This document shows positions 35,331 to 48,169 of a DNA stretch of 64,000 nucleotides, one piece after another (the stretch's first letter is position 1; each line of letters opens with the position of its first letter). The stretch spans positions 54,312,972 through 54,376,971 of the forward strand of contig NC_057718.1 in assembly GCF_004010195.1 (NCBI RefSeq), in the 5' to 3' direction. Both the position numbers and the translations under genes were made by a program. This stretch comes from Chiloscyllium plagiosum (Eukaryota). Under the pieces are notes generated by a model. The model did not search any database. It saw only the letters and a list, made by a program, of their open reading frames with translations, and was not told the origin of the DNA.

Positions 35331-37099
35331 CAAGAAAATTAAAACCATCTAGAACAAAACAGGCTGCTTGATTGACACCTCTTCAACCATCGTAAATATT
35401 GATTTTTCTCTAATGTCTTTTTGTCTAATGTACACAATGGCAATAGTGTACACCATATACAAGATGCACTGTAACAATTCACTTCACCTCTTTTAACAGA
35501 ACCTCCAAATGCACACACTCTATCACCTAGAAGGACAAGGCAGAATGGAAATGCTACAACCTGCAAGTTCTTCTTCAAGCTTTGTATTATTGGACTCAGA
35601 AATATCTCATCATCGCTTTTCTGACATTGAGTCAGTATTCTGAATTCGTTTTCGAACAATGCGATAGGTATATCTATGGCAGATGGACTGCAGCAGTTTG
35701 AGAAGGCGGCTCACCACCAGCTACCCCAGGGCAATTGATGACAGACAACAAATGCTGGTCCTGTCAGCGATGCTCATATTCCATGACTGAATTATTTTAA
35801 AACTGACAAATGGAGCATTCCCTAAAGGTGCTCTAACTGCATTCTTCCCCCAAGTGCCTGAAGTCTTTCCAACAGATGTTGCAGATACTGAATGCTGCTC
35901 AGCAATAATCAGAAGAAAATCCCTATCCTATTACATTGAATACCAATTTACCACTCCAAGAAGCCAAACTAAATTCTCTCCAGTTCATGTTCGTTAAGCC
36001 TCCTGGACCTTATTGGTAACCCTGATTAATCACAATCACAGAACAGTTCATATGAATCTGTGGTCACGTTGGATCACCACACAGCAACTAGCAGATTATC
36101 TTTAGCCTTGCTTTATTGTCTCACCAGACAATGAATTCATAGGGCTGCTGAATTAGCTATCTCCAAGAGTTAATTTTATTGAGGATAAAGCTCCTATAAT
36201 AATCCTAATTAAACTTCACCCATGCTCAGAGGGTCACAGTTATTATAATGAATGGCTTGCAAGTAATGAGATTGCACTTCTCTTTAATATTTAAATCAGA
36301 CAAAGCAAACTTAAGGAAGTCCACCAAACTATTAATGTGGGACATGTTGTTTCACTAAGTAAATTTATCATCAAAATGTTTAATCCAGGCACAAGTAAAT
36401 ACTGCTCAGTTTTGATATGTCTAACAAAGTATCCTGGATACTTTGTCGGATTTATGAAAATTATGATGCATTGTTTACCTTTTTTTATTTTACCTATTTA
36501 CTACAGGAAATTAATGTTTGCTTTTATGTACATATTTCCATTGTATAGCCATTAAGCTGTAGTATTATGTTTAATTTAATCTGTTATGCAATTATGCTTT
36601 TATAGTTTAAATAGATAATATTGGATTAATTTTGTATGTATCCATGGGTGTAAGTTTAAATAAATAATCTTTCTTCTTAATAATAGTGATTAGCATGCAA
36701 TGATCCATGTGCCATGACGCTATGACTCTATGAGCATGTATTATATTTTTATGCAATGCCCTTTAAGACAAAGCAGACTGGAGTTTATCCTTAAAGAGAG
36801 TTAATTGGCTTCCCAATTTCATTAGATTCCAAGGAATCCCAGTTCATTTGGATTTGCCATGTGCAGGATCAAATAAGAAGCAAAGAGTAAGTAGAAAGCT
36901 AATAACCGTGGAATTGGGATTACATTGCGCTTTCCATCTGGGAGTTCAGAACACAATGAAAATTTGTGTGGAAAAGAACACTCTCCAAATGAAGTAGTTT
37001 TGTCTTTGGTAATTTTAGAAAAGATCCTGCTACTGAAGCAGTGCAATGAGACTAGAACAGAAACTGTGCTACGTTGTCTTTTTTACAGGTGGAAATAAT

Positions 37100-37888
37100 G
37101 AAATACTAAATACCTGAAGGACAATGATAACAACCTTTCTCTCAATGTTGGCAAAAGAAAAGAACTGGTCATTAACTTCAAGAAGAAAGGAGGTGAACCA
37201 GCCTCCAACTATTTGCGAAAGTTGAGATGGTTGAGAGTGTCAAGTTCCTAGGAGTGACAATAACCAACAATCCATCATGGACTTCATACGTAGATGCAAT
37301 AGTTAAGAAAGCACAACAATGCCTCCTCTTCCATAGGGGGCAGCTTAGGAAATTTGGCAAGTCCATAAGGATCATCTCCATCCTTTACAGGTGCACCATA
37401 AGAGCATACTATCCTGGTGCACAACAGCCTGGTATGACAACTGCTCTGGCCAGGACGATAAGAAACTACAGAAGATTGTGTGCTCAGCACAGACTATTAC
37501 GGAAGCCAGCCTTCCATCCATGGACTCCATTTATACTTCTTGTTGCCGCAGAAAAGGTGTCCACATCGTCAAAGACCCCTCCCACCCTGGTGTTGCTCTC
37601 CTACTACATTTTGCGTCAGGCAGAAGATACAACACGATCAAGAACAGCTTCTTCCCTGCCTTTATTAGACTGATGAATGGACTTTCTAACTCCTGATAAT
37701 ATTGATCTTGTTAATGTTGATCGTGCTTCGCGCATCTCCTGTGCAGTGTAACCTGGATGCCTCACTTTGTCTATGCACTCTATGATCTGTGTGTCCTTAC
37801 TTGCTGTGATATGCCTATACTGCTCACAAACAAAGCTTTTCACTGTACTTAGGTACACATGACTACAATAAATCAAATCAAATCAAAC
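37100..37888 (+). mobile_element. Rex1/Babar LINE 3' end
   Basis: DNDNNLSLNVGK, VESVKFLGVTITNNPSWTSYVDAIVKKAQQ, SILSWCTTAWYDNCS, IVKDPSHPG; tail caataaatcaaatcaaatcaaa. Confidence 0.92.
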
Positions 37889-39949
37889 AAGGGCTTGTGG
37901 TTGTACAATAATCTTCGTTGTTGCTTCAACATTGCCAGAGCCAACCAGACTGTTTTAAAGGGGTTAGTGAAGGGAGCATGTAAAGATTTTGTGCAATAAG
38001 ACCTGTTGTGGCCCCAGTGAGAGTATGACCAGTGGCATCCATATCAAGAGATCCCAGAAAATGGAGGTCCAGTTGGAAAGGCTATGAAATTGTGCATAGT
38101 CCCACATTGTTTGGGCAGTAATGTGAGTGCTTGGAGTAAAGGTGTTGTATTAAACTATTTAAAGTTAAATCTGCCTTTTTTAGTTGATGTATTCTTCACA
38201 TGTTAATATTTGAATTATGTCAATTTTAATTGATTTAATACAGTAAAGTTTTAATAAATTGAAATGTTATTCAGTAGTTTTATTTCCATTGACATCATGA
38301 TCACTTTTTAATTATAGTCTTTTAAATGGATCATAACATTAGAATGTACACAATAAACAATTGTTTGCATTTCTATATTTTGTTACCAGCAGTATGTTTT
38401 GTTGATTATTACCTCATTATTTGATCAGTCACTACTTCTGTTCATATCTTGCAAATGCCTAAAATGTAAATTGATCTAATTAAACCCCCCGCCCCCCCCT
38501 CAGAAAGACAAGTGTCTCCACTTGTTTAAGATGATCCTAAGCCATGATAAATGAAACAGGATAATTTTGAATGAAGCTCTGCAAAACAAAAATGAAATAC
38601 CAAAAGTCATCTATCTTGAGATGCTTTTATACTGCATCTCTGGCCTTTGACTGGTTGCAATAATAGCCAAACCTCAGCCCATCACCCCAATATAAATGTT
38701 ATCCATGTAAGTTAAGAAACATGGAAGTACTGTCACTGTTTGAAATAATCTTGGAGGGCTCTAGATGCCATCAGGGTGATATATATGCTATTTCTTATGT
38801 AAGCATGTAAAGGCTTAAGAGTTTGAAAATTCTAAGCCCACAGTCCCTCTGATTGCTTTTCAAAGCCTATCGCATGCATCTTAGCAACCTTATTTTAAAA
38901 GGGATTAGTACAAAAGGCTTATTTTTATTAAAATTGTATTTTAATATTTACTTTCTTTGCTCTTATCTCAGATTTCAAATATATACACTGTAATTTCATT
39001 ATATTAGTTTTAGCAGATAAATAGTGCATTGATCTCAGCGTTCTATGCAGCATATTAAGTACTTGAATGCAAAAAAGTTTAAAAATAGTGTGAATAAAAT
39101 TCATACAAAAATGTAAGCAATTTACAGGGCAGTCACTCTGTATGCTGTGTAAGAAATGGAATTAATCAAAGTCTCAGGTCGATCAATAATAGTGGCACCT
39201 TTTTCAACAGCATTAAAAGATGGGACTAACAATCTGCAATGTCTCTACAAATGCTGTCCTTCAGTTCCATCAAGGTCACCCTTTGAATGATCCAAGTTCT
39301 TTGCTCTATTGCAGCATTCTCTGAGTAATTGCTTGTGGTAGAAGAGGTTGTGATCATTATAATCTTGAAAAGAAGGTTGAATCTTTGTTATTATGTGGTG
39401 ATGCTGTCATTTTGTTCAAATGATGTATTATTTTGGCATCTATTGTCTGAAGCATTTTATTTTTTGCAGTACATCTGTGCATGCCATTCAATGCATGTCA
39501 AGAGTTCAGGAACTCTAAGGATTCTCAACAATCTACCTTGTTGCACCTTAACCCCTCCACTTCCAACATTTCTGGGGAATTGATTGCTTCCAAGAGTTAA
39601 ACTGAGCTCGCAAACTTACAGCTGTCATGCTGGAAGAAACCATGAAAGTTGATGAAGCTTAAACATTGCTCAAATGAGATGTGAAGTCGAATCCTTACAA
39701 CTTTCACTCATTATGACTACGACACAAGAATTCAGATTTGGAAAAGGAACATTTACAGTATACAGCATGAGAAGAGGGTGCTGCTTGTATGGGAGAAGAA
39801 ACATGTATTGATGACAAAAACCTATCCTTTCACCTTCTACTCTTTTAATCTTTGTTTTTACTTTTTCAAACAGAGAGTAGCTTTGGTCTAGATTGTATTG
39901 AACAGTCCAATTGAAATAAAGTTAAAAGTCAAGAGAATGGCACTGAGTC

Positions 39950-40107
39950 ATAATGCTTGCTTGGAGAACCAGTGTGTAGAGTGATGCTAACAGCATGGGG
40001 TCAATTCCCACACTGGCTGTGGTTACTATGAACGACTCTCCTTCTCACATAAGGTGTGTAGCGAAGCAGCGTTATGGTCCTCTGGGATTTTGGCAACTCT
40101 AACTTTA
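39950..40107 (+). mobile_element. Decayed tRNA-derived SINE
   Basis: B-box-like GGGTCAATTCC near 39998-40008, followed by a SINE-like body ending tatggtcctctgggattttggcaactctaacttt. Confidence 0.45.
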
Positions 40108-40115
40108 TCTATGAC

Positions 40116-40326
40116 AGTCATGATTCGGAGATTCCGGTGTTGGACTGGGATGTACAAAGTTAAAAATCACACAACACCAGGTTATAGTCCAACAGGTTTA
40201 ATTGGAAGCACACTAGCTTTTGGAGCGACGCTCCTTCATCAGGTGATGAAGGAGCGTCGCTCCAAAAGCTAGTGTGCTTCCAATTAAACCTGCTGGACTA
40301 TAACCTGGTGTTGTGTGATTTTTAAT
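40116..40326. mobile_element. Palindromic PLE pLTR insertion: 82-bp arms, 2-bp spacer, 12-bp TSD
   Basis: Arms 40160-40241 and 40244-40325 differ at one position. TTTATCTATGAC is duplicated at 40104-40115 and 40327-40338. Confidence 0.92.
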
Positions 40327-41144
40327 TTTATCTATGACTGCTGCCTGAACCATTGGGAGTTTGCAGCATTTTGTGTTTTTAGTTTAGACTTCCAGCATCT
40401 GCATTTTGTTTTTGTGCAGAATTTAGGAGAGAGGTCCTTGCTATGTTGCTTGTTCAGTAACTATGAAGAATCGTGCCCATGAGGGCTTTGCTGCAGGATA
40501 TTTTTCAATAAGCACAACAAATGATTTAACTACAGCTCTTTGTTATAAGTTCTGCACTCAATTGCTTGGTATCTGACAAAGAGGCCTCATGAGTAAGCTG
40601 GTCCTGTGTTGAGAATTCCTCTGGGTGCCGATCCTGTGGGTTGTGACCATCTGAAATGTCAATGATTGACAAGGTGATCAGCACAATGATAGCTCAGGGA
40701 ATTAAATTTGCAGCTGACAATGGAACAGTTAGCACTGAATAATAAGTCTGTTTATTGTTCTGTGTTCCAAAAGATGTTTTTTTTTGCAGCAACTGTCTTT
40801 TTAACTCCTCTGAGCTCACATCAAACAAGCCGCAATACATTTTTTCTGAGAGATTTTATGGAGATGGAGAAGATGCAATCAGGAATATGGAGGCTCTGGA
40901 CTCGTAAGTCTAAGCCAGCAGTTTGAGGGGGTTTGGCATGGAGTGGTGTAGAGGGCATAGAGGATTGGGGCAGGGAAAAGTCTGACATTTGAGCGTGGTG
41001 GGTGAATGATAAGAATAGTCAGTCAATTTTTGAAAAAGATGAACTAAAGGGTCGGAACAATACTGTTAATATGTGGGTTCATCTCAGCATGTTGGTTAGT
41101 AAAGTAAGTACAGTGCTCTGAGTTCACGCTATCATTCCTATCAG

Positions 41145-41941
41145 GAGTGGCAGATGGGGTTTAATTTAGATGAATGTCAGGTGCTGCATTTTGGAAAGGC
41201 AAATCAGGGCTGGGCTTAAACACTTAATGGTAAAGTCCTGGGGCGTGTTGCTGAACAAAGAGACATTGGAATGCAGGTTCATAATTCCTTGAAAGTGGAG
41301 TCACAGGTAGACAGGATAGTGGAGAAGGCATTTGGTATACTTGCCTTTATTGGTCAGGGCCTTGAGTATAGGAATTGGGAAGTCATATTGTGGCATTGGT
41401 TAGGCCACTATTGGAATACTCCGTGCAATTCTGGTATTCTTGCTATACGAAGGATGTTGTGAAACTTGAATGGGTTCAGAACAGACTTACAAAGATGTTG
41501 CCAGTGTTGGAAGGTTTGAGCTATAGGGAGAGGTTGAATAGGTGGGGGCTATTTTCCCTGGAGCGCCAGAGGTTGAGAGGTGACCTTATAGAAATTTATA
41601 AAATCATGAGGATCATAGATAGGGTAAATAGCCAAGGTGTTTTCTCCAGGGTAGAGGAGTCCAAAACTAGAGGGCATAGGTTTAATTGGTAGGGGAAAAT
41701 TTAAAAGGGACCTGAAGGGCAAAGGGTGGTGCATGAATGGAATGAGCTTTGAGAGGAAATGGTGGAGGCTGGTACAATTACAACATTTAAAAGGCATCTG
41801 GATGGGCACATGAATTGGAAGTGTTTAGAGGGAAATGGGCCAAATGCTAGCAAATGGGGCTCGATTAATTTCGGATATCAAGTCAGCATGAACGAGTTGG
41901 ACCATAGGGTCTATTTCAATTCTATGACTCTATGACTCTAT
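41145..41941 (+). mobile_element. CR1 3' fragment
   Basis: LVRPLLEYSVQFW...KLEWVQNRLTKMLPVLEGLSYRERL...KTRGHRF; tail tctatgactctatgactcta. Confidence 0.93.
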
Positions 41942-42289
41942 TTCAATGACCATGCTGACAGCAACCATGGACAATGCCCATTATAATGCCTAGAAGGGAG
42001 GGCCAATTATCTTCCAAATTAAACCCCATTCAATAGAGTGACAAATGTAAGATTGGATATTACCATGATCATCAACTGTGGACAAAAACCACAACATTGT
42101 GTTTCTTTCACAATAAAGTATATGTCCCTAACTTCCCTATAACTGACCTTGAGGCGTACCAGTACTTCTACCTCTCTGACTAAGCTAATCTCAATAAATA
42201 ACAATGATGCACATTTGAGTCAGGAAAAGCTAATGTACTTTGAATCATTTCTGACCAACTACTATGCCTCAAAAGGACATTAGTGACCA

Positions 42290-42818
42290 TGGATTTCCAT
42301 TAGATTTATATTGGGAAGGAGTGAATGTTTAAAGTAGTGAATGGGGTGGTAGTCAAATGGCCTGCTTGGTCCTGGCTTCTTGAGTACAATTGGAGCTGTA
42401 CCAATCCAGATAAGTGTAAAAATTTTCCATCACATTCCTGATTTTTATCTTTTAGTGAATGGACTTGCAGTGTAGAGACAAGAGGCGTATTACTCACCGC
42501 ATAATTCCTAGCCTCTGAGCTGCTCTTTTACTTACAGTAATTATATGACTGTTACAGTTCAGCTTGTGACAAATGATGAATCTCAAGATGATGATAATTG
42601 ATGATTCATCAATGGTAAACAATCGAATACCAAAGGATGTTGGTTGGATTCTCTCTTGTTAGACAAATTCATTGCCTGACATTTGTGTGACACAAATGTT
42701 ACTTGCCTTTTCTTAGCACAGGCCTAGATATTATCCAGTTTTGGGCATGGACTGCTTCAGTATCTCAGGAGTTACAAATGGTGCTGACCATTGTGCAATC
42801 TTCAGCGAACATCCCACT
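42290..42818 (-). mobile_element. CR1/L2-group LINE fragment (family of 33620-35800)
   Basis: Homologous to 12250-12510 (tcaaatggcctgcttggtcctgg...ggagctgtaccaatccagataagtg); RT FADD-region relic at 42780-42815. Confidence 0.7.
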
Positions 42819-42859
42819 GAGGTCTGAAGTCGCCATAAAGGTTCTTCAGTCCATCAAGT

Positions 42860-45800
42860 ATAACCACGTAACTATTCTTATCTCATTTTCCAGCACTTGG
42901 CCCATAGCCCTGAATCCTTGGTATCATAAGTGTATATCCAAATACTTCCTAAATGTTATGAGGGTTTCTGCCACTACTACTTCTGCAGGCAATAAGTTCC
43001 AGGTTCCCATCAGCCCTCTAGTGAAAACTGTCTTCCTCACATCTGTTCTAAACCTCATGCCCCTTCCATTGAATTTATGCCCCTGGTCATTGATCCTGCT
43101 ACCAATGGAAAGAGTTCCTTCCCGTCTGCCTTTTCTATGCCCCTCATAATGTTATACATCTCAATCACATCTCCATTCAGTCTCCTCTACTCCAAGGAAA
43201 ACAACCCAGTCTATCCAATCTCTCTTCATAACTAAAACTCTCCAGCCCAGAAAATATTCTGGCAAATCTCCTTTGCACATTCTTCAGTGCTAACACATCT
43301 CTCTTTTAATGTGGATTCCAGAACTTCACACAAAACTCTCACCGTGGCCTAACCAACGTTTTTTGCAGTTCCAGCATAACCTCTCCACTCTTAAACTTAG
43401 TGCCTCGGCTAATAAAAGTAAGTATGTCATATACCTTTTTAACCAATTCATCTGCCTGTCCCAGGAACCTAAGGGACCAGTGGACATGTAACCAGGATCC
43501 CTCTGATCCTCGGTGCTTCCCAAGTCATTTTAATATCTAGCTCTTTGCTTTGTTTGGCCTGTCCAAGTGCATGACTTCATATTTATTCAGATTAAATTCC
43601 ATTTGCCTCTGATCAGCCTATCTGACAAACCCATCTGTATCTCTTTTAATCTAAGGCCTATCCTCCTCCAAAGCATTTTTGTATCATTCGTGAACATAAC
43701 CAATCAACACTCCTACATTGAAGTATAAATCATTTGTACATCCCACAAACAGCAAGGGCCCCCACTACTGACCCCTGTGAAACTCAACTGAGCACAGATT
43801 TCGAGTCAGAAAAACACCCATTGACTTTTCATCCTCCGCCTCCTACGACTCAGCCAATTCTGGATCAAATTCATCAAATTTAATATCGGCTTTTACTTTT
43901 GTTCTCAATTTCCCTCATGAGACCTTATGAGGCTTTGCTGAAGTCCACGTAGACTACATTGAATGCATTGTCCTCATCTACACAACCGATCACCACTTGA
44001 AAAAACTCAGACAAATGGTCAGACATAGCCTTCCTTTAACAAAACCTTGCGAACTGTTCTTGATTAATCCCTGCCTCTCCAACTACAGATTAATTCTATC
44101 CCTCAGAATTGTTTCGAGTAGTTTCCCCACTGCTCAGTTTAGTCTTTTTGGCATGGTTTATCCTTTGCTCCCTTCTTGAATAATGATACCACACTGGCTG
44201 TCCTCCAAGCTTCTGGTACTTCTCCTGTGGCCAGAGAGGAACTGAGATTATTGCCAGTGCCCCGGCTATTTCTTACCTTGCTTCACTCATCAGCCTGAGA
44301 TACTCTTCACCTGGAGAATCACCTACTTTTAAGCCTGCCAGCTGTCTCTATGTAATTTGTTTAAATGTTTACACAGTCCTTCTCTCTGGTTTCTTTATCT
44401 GTATCACTCTCTCACTCATGAACAAACTATTCATTTCAAACCCTACCTACGTCTTCCAATTTCACAGAAAATTAACTGTGTGGAACTTAATGGGCCCTAC
44501 TCGTTCCCTAGTTATCCTCATACCCTTAATATATTTGTAAAATAACTGAGTACTTTCTTTCATGTTACTTGCTATTATCCTTTCATGCTTCCTTTTGGCT
44601 CTCCTAATTTCATAGAACATAGGACATAGAACAGGCCTTTCCACCCTCAATGTTGTGCTAACCTTTTATCCTACTCTAAGATCAAACTATCCGACATACC
44701 CTTCATTTTACTATCATCCATGTGCCTGTTCAAGAGTCACTTAAATGTCCCTAATGTATCTGACTCTGCCACCACTGCTGGCAGTGCATTCCATGCATCC
44801 ACCACTCTCTGTGTAAAGAACCTTTTTAAGTTTCTTCTTGCATGTTCTATACTCCTCCAGCGTCTCTGTTTTGAGACCTCACTTTCTGCTATCCACCTCC
44901 TTTTTTCTCTTTATCTAATCTTGGGTCATTGGATTTGTTGGTCCCACCCTTTATCTTTATTGGAACATGTTAGCTGCATACTTTCCCTATTTCCTTCTTG
45001 AAAGCATTCCACTGCTCTTGCACAGATTTACTGAAAATCTGGCAAATCATATTTGATCTTATCAAAATCAGCCTTCCCCCAATTTAGAATTTTGATTTCA
45101 GGCTGAACCTTGTCCTTTTCCATAACAATCTGAATCTAACAGAGTTCATTGTCTGCAAAATATTCCCCCACCGATTCTCAACTTGCCCAGCTTCTTTATT
45201 TAAGATTAAGTCCAGGACCGTTGCCTCTCTCATAGGGTCTTCTACATAGTGGCTTGAAAATATTTCCTGTATGCATTTTAAGAATTCTGCTCTCTCACAC
45301 CTTTCACACTATGACTACCTCAGTTAACATTGGGGAAGTTGAAATCCCCTATCATCTTTATACTTTTACATTTCTCTGAAATTTGCCTTCATATCTGCTG
45401 TCCTATTTCTCTCTGATTATTAGGGGGCTGATAGTACACGCCCAGCAATATAGTTGCTCCTTTCTGGTTTTAGTCTCTACCCATTATGGTTTCATTTGAG
45501 GAGTCTTCTAAGATGTTTTCCCTCCTTACTCCTGTAATAGATGTTCTGATCAATATTGTGACACCATCTCCCATTTTACCTCCTTTCCTGTCTTGTCTGA
45601 AAGGAACAATCTTATCCCGGAATATTGAGCTCTTAATCTTGCCCTTCTCTCAACTGTGTCCCATTGACAGCGACAACATCATATCTCCATGTTTTAATTT
45701 GTGCTGTCAACTCATCTGCCCTGTTCATCAGACTCCTTGCATTAAAATAAACACCATCCAAACATGCCAATCACCCTTGTGCCTTAACTGGCCTATAATT

Positions 45801-46075
45801 TCTATGCCTTCCTGGCTCTCTCTTCTGTTTTTGACCATGCAAGTCACCCTGCTGAATAGTTCCTCTGGATTCCACAGCTCCCCAACAGCATTATCAACTT
45901 TCCTGGAAGAATGCTAGCCCAATTCCAGTTCAGTTGCAATCCTTCCACCTATCCCCAAAATGGTCTCAATGTCCCAGAAATCTAAAGCTCTCCCCACTGC
46001 ACCATCTCGCTCATCCAGACGAGCAACATGTTTTGATACTCAGTAGAATGTCGTCCTGGAAGTAATCCAGCAATT
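42860..46075 (-). mobile_element. Old near-full-length CR1 (end of ORF1 plus ORF2); decayed
   Basis: 3' end near 42880; RT motif (ggctttgctgaagtccacgtagactacatt = NVVYVDFSKA on the minus strand); EIRRAKRKHERIIASNMKES; APE region 45250-45760; ORF1 esterase-like relic 45900-46060. Confidence 0.82.
44611..44822 (-). mobile_element. CR1 3' fragment, (TGTTCTA)n family, nested in the older CR1
   Basis: Reversed tail catagaacataggacatagaaca; the minus strand reads FFTQRVVDAWNALP. Confidence 0.85.
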
Positions 46076-46260
46076 ACAGAGAAACCTGAATTATCCAGCA
46101 TTCGATTATCTGAATATCAGATTATCCGGCAAGATTGCAAGGTCCTGGCATTAAAAAAAGGACATCAAAAGGTAGTACAGAGGAACGGTGATTATCCAAA
46201 GATGGGGAGTATTCATTCAATTAATCGAATTCCGGAATGCTTAAATTCCAGAATGTTTAA
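46076..46260 (+). mobile_element. Possible Tc1/pogo (Tigger-like) MITE terminal fragments
   Basis: TA-CAGAGAAACCTGAATTATCC with reiterated GATTATCYG motifs; a second similar end, TACAGAGGAACGGTGATTATCC, near 46176. Confidence 0.4.
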
Positions 46261-46261
46261 A

Positions 46262-47420
46262 TTGTCCCTGGCCGCAGGAAAAGTACCAAAGGACTGCAGC
46301 ACAGCTAATATAGCTCAACTTTGCAAGAAGGTTGGTTGAGATAGACCAGGGAACCATAGAGCAGTGAAACTAACATCAGTGGTAGGGAAACTACAGGAGA
46401 AAATAATAAAGGAGAAAATTAATCTCCATTTAGAGAGGAAAGGTTCAATCAGGGATAGTCAGCATGGTTTTTTTCAGAGGAAGGGCATATCTAACAAATC
46501 TGGTGAATTTTTTGTAGATAGCCAAGGTCTTGTGCACAGGATAGTGGAGATCAAAACCAGAGAGCATGAGTTTAAGGTTAGAGTGGAAAGATTTGAAAGG
46601 GATCTAAGGGGTAACTTTTTCATGCAGTGGGTGATGCGTGTATAGAATGAGCTGTCAGAGGAAGTGGTGGAGGCTGGTACAATTACAGCATTTCAAAGAC
46701 ATCTGGATGGGTATATGAATAGGAAGGGTTTAGAGGGATATGTTCCAAATGCTGGCAAATGAGGTTAGATTAATTCGCATTTCTGGTTAGCATGGACGAA
46801 TTGGACTGAAGAGTTTGTTTCCATGCTGCACAGCTCTTTGATTCTATGATCCTATTTCTCTTTTCTTCCACCTTTTAAATTGCTTTCCGTAATAGAGTGC
46901 TATGGTCAGTTTGTTGATTGTCCCTATAGCCCTCGCTCTCATTCAAACAGGGAGTAAGAATCTCAAATCTGTTACAGAACATCTAACCAAATTCAAGTTG
47001 GACTGAAGGGTCTGATTCCATTCATTACAACTCTGTGACTCTGACTCTATTAGGTCACCAAGCGTTTGAATGACAGTAGGACAGTTCACGTAGTTCATAT
47101 GGATTTCAGCAAGGCTTTTGACAAGATCCCACATGGGAAACTAATAAAGAAGATAAAAGTTCACAGAATGTTGGGTAACTTGTCAAGATGAATCCAAAAT
47201 TGGTTCGGAGACAGGAGACAAAGGGTGGTGGTAGAAGACTGTTAGTCTGCATGAAACCTGGTGTGCACTGGTGTATCACACAGTTCCCACTTGGTTCCTT
47301 ACTTTTTTGTATTATTTATAAATGATGTAGATGTAGAATATGAGGAGCAATAAGTAAGTTTGCAGATGACACAAAGGTGGGACCCATGTTTGATAGTGAG
47401 ATGGAAGGTGTTGAAAACAT
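46262..47420 (+). mobile_element. Older CR1 RT split near 46513 by a younger CR1 3' end (46514-46852) and unassigned sequence
   Basis: KLTSVVGKLQEKII...DSQHGFF jumps to KTREHEFKVR. The missing RT part resumes at 47070 (VHVVHMDFSKAFDKIPHG...ISKFADDTK). Confidence 0.8.
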
Positions 47421-48169
47421 GAAGTCAGAATTCGGTAGATGTGATGGGCATCAGTTGTCAAAATAATTGGAAGTCATTTTTTATGGATGAATTTTTTGAT
47501 AGGTAAAGCACGAACAAAGTCAAAGGTACTTCTTTATTCTGCTGGCCTGGAGTCTTAAAATTGTTAGAATCCTCTTTGGTAGAATTTGGAGGCCTTCTGG
47601 ATACTTTTTTCTCTGAAAGTCCTGATGTTAGGGAGAAAACCCAGCTCTCAAGTACTATTCACAGTGAGCTCAGGAGGAGGTATGGCTGGAATTGACTTCA
47701 CACAGTCTCCTGAGACCTCTACACACTTAAAGGCTCCTTCAGCCAGGTTTTAATCATAATCAAACATGGCTGCTGACAATAACTTTGAATTATTGTTTGC
47801 AAAGCATAGTCAATTACCCTGAATCTCCCTGCAGTGTCCACCCAGTCTTCTGTTCAACACTGCAGAAGCCTTTCTGGAATTACACTTTTTGAGGTTTCAA
47901 TAGATAGTCCTGGAACGCCTGGGCTATTATTGATATTTTGTGATTATGTTTAAGATAACACACCAGTATGTCTGCTTTTAGAAGCATTGAATCAATCAGG
48001 TGACTTTTCATAAGATTAAGTTAATTTTACAAGAGCAGATTGGCCTTCTTTATGAAATATATAACATTATAATTCTGCATTTGTGACAACTGTTTCAATT
48101 TCAACATCTGATCAAATTATTATGCAATTTAATTTTGTCTTTTGTTTTAACTTCTGGCTTCCAACATTT

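Larger units (their letters stand above)
33620..35800 (+). mobile_element. Old CR1/L2-group LINE ORF2 and 3' end, with nested insertions
   Basis: KTKAETFETIFSRNYQV; ALDIKGAFNQVW-like RT motif near 34690-34725; 3' end ggactgcagcagtttgagaaggcggctcaccacc...aaatgctgg...ccatga. Confidence 0.75.
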
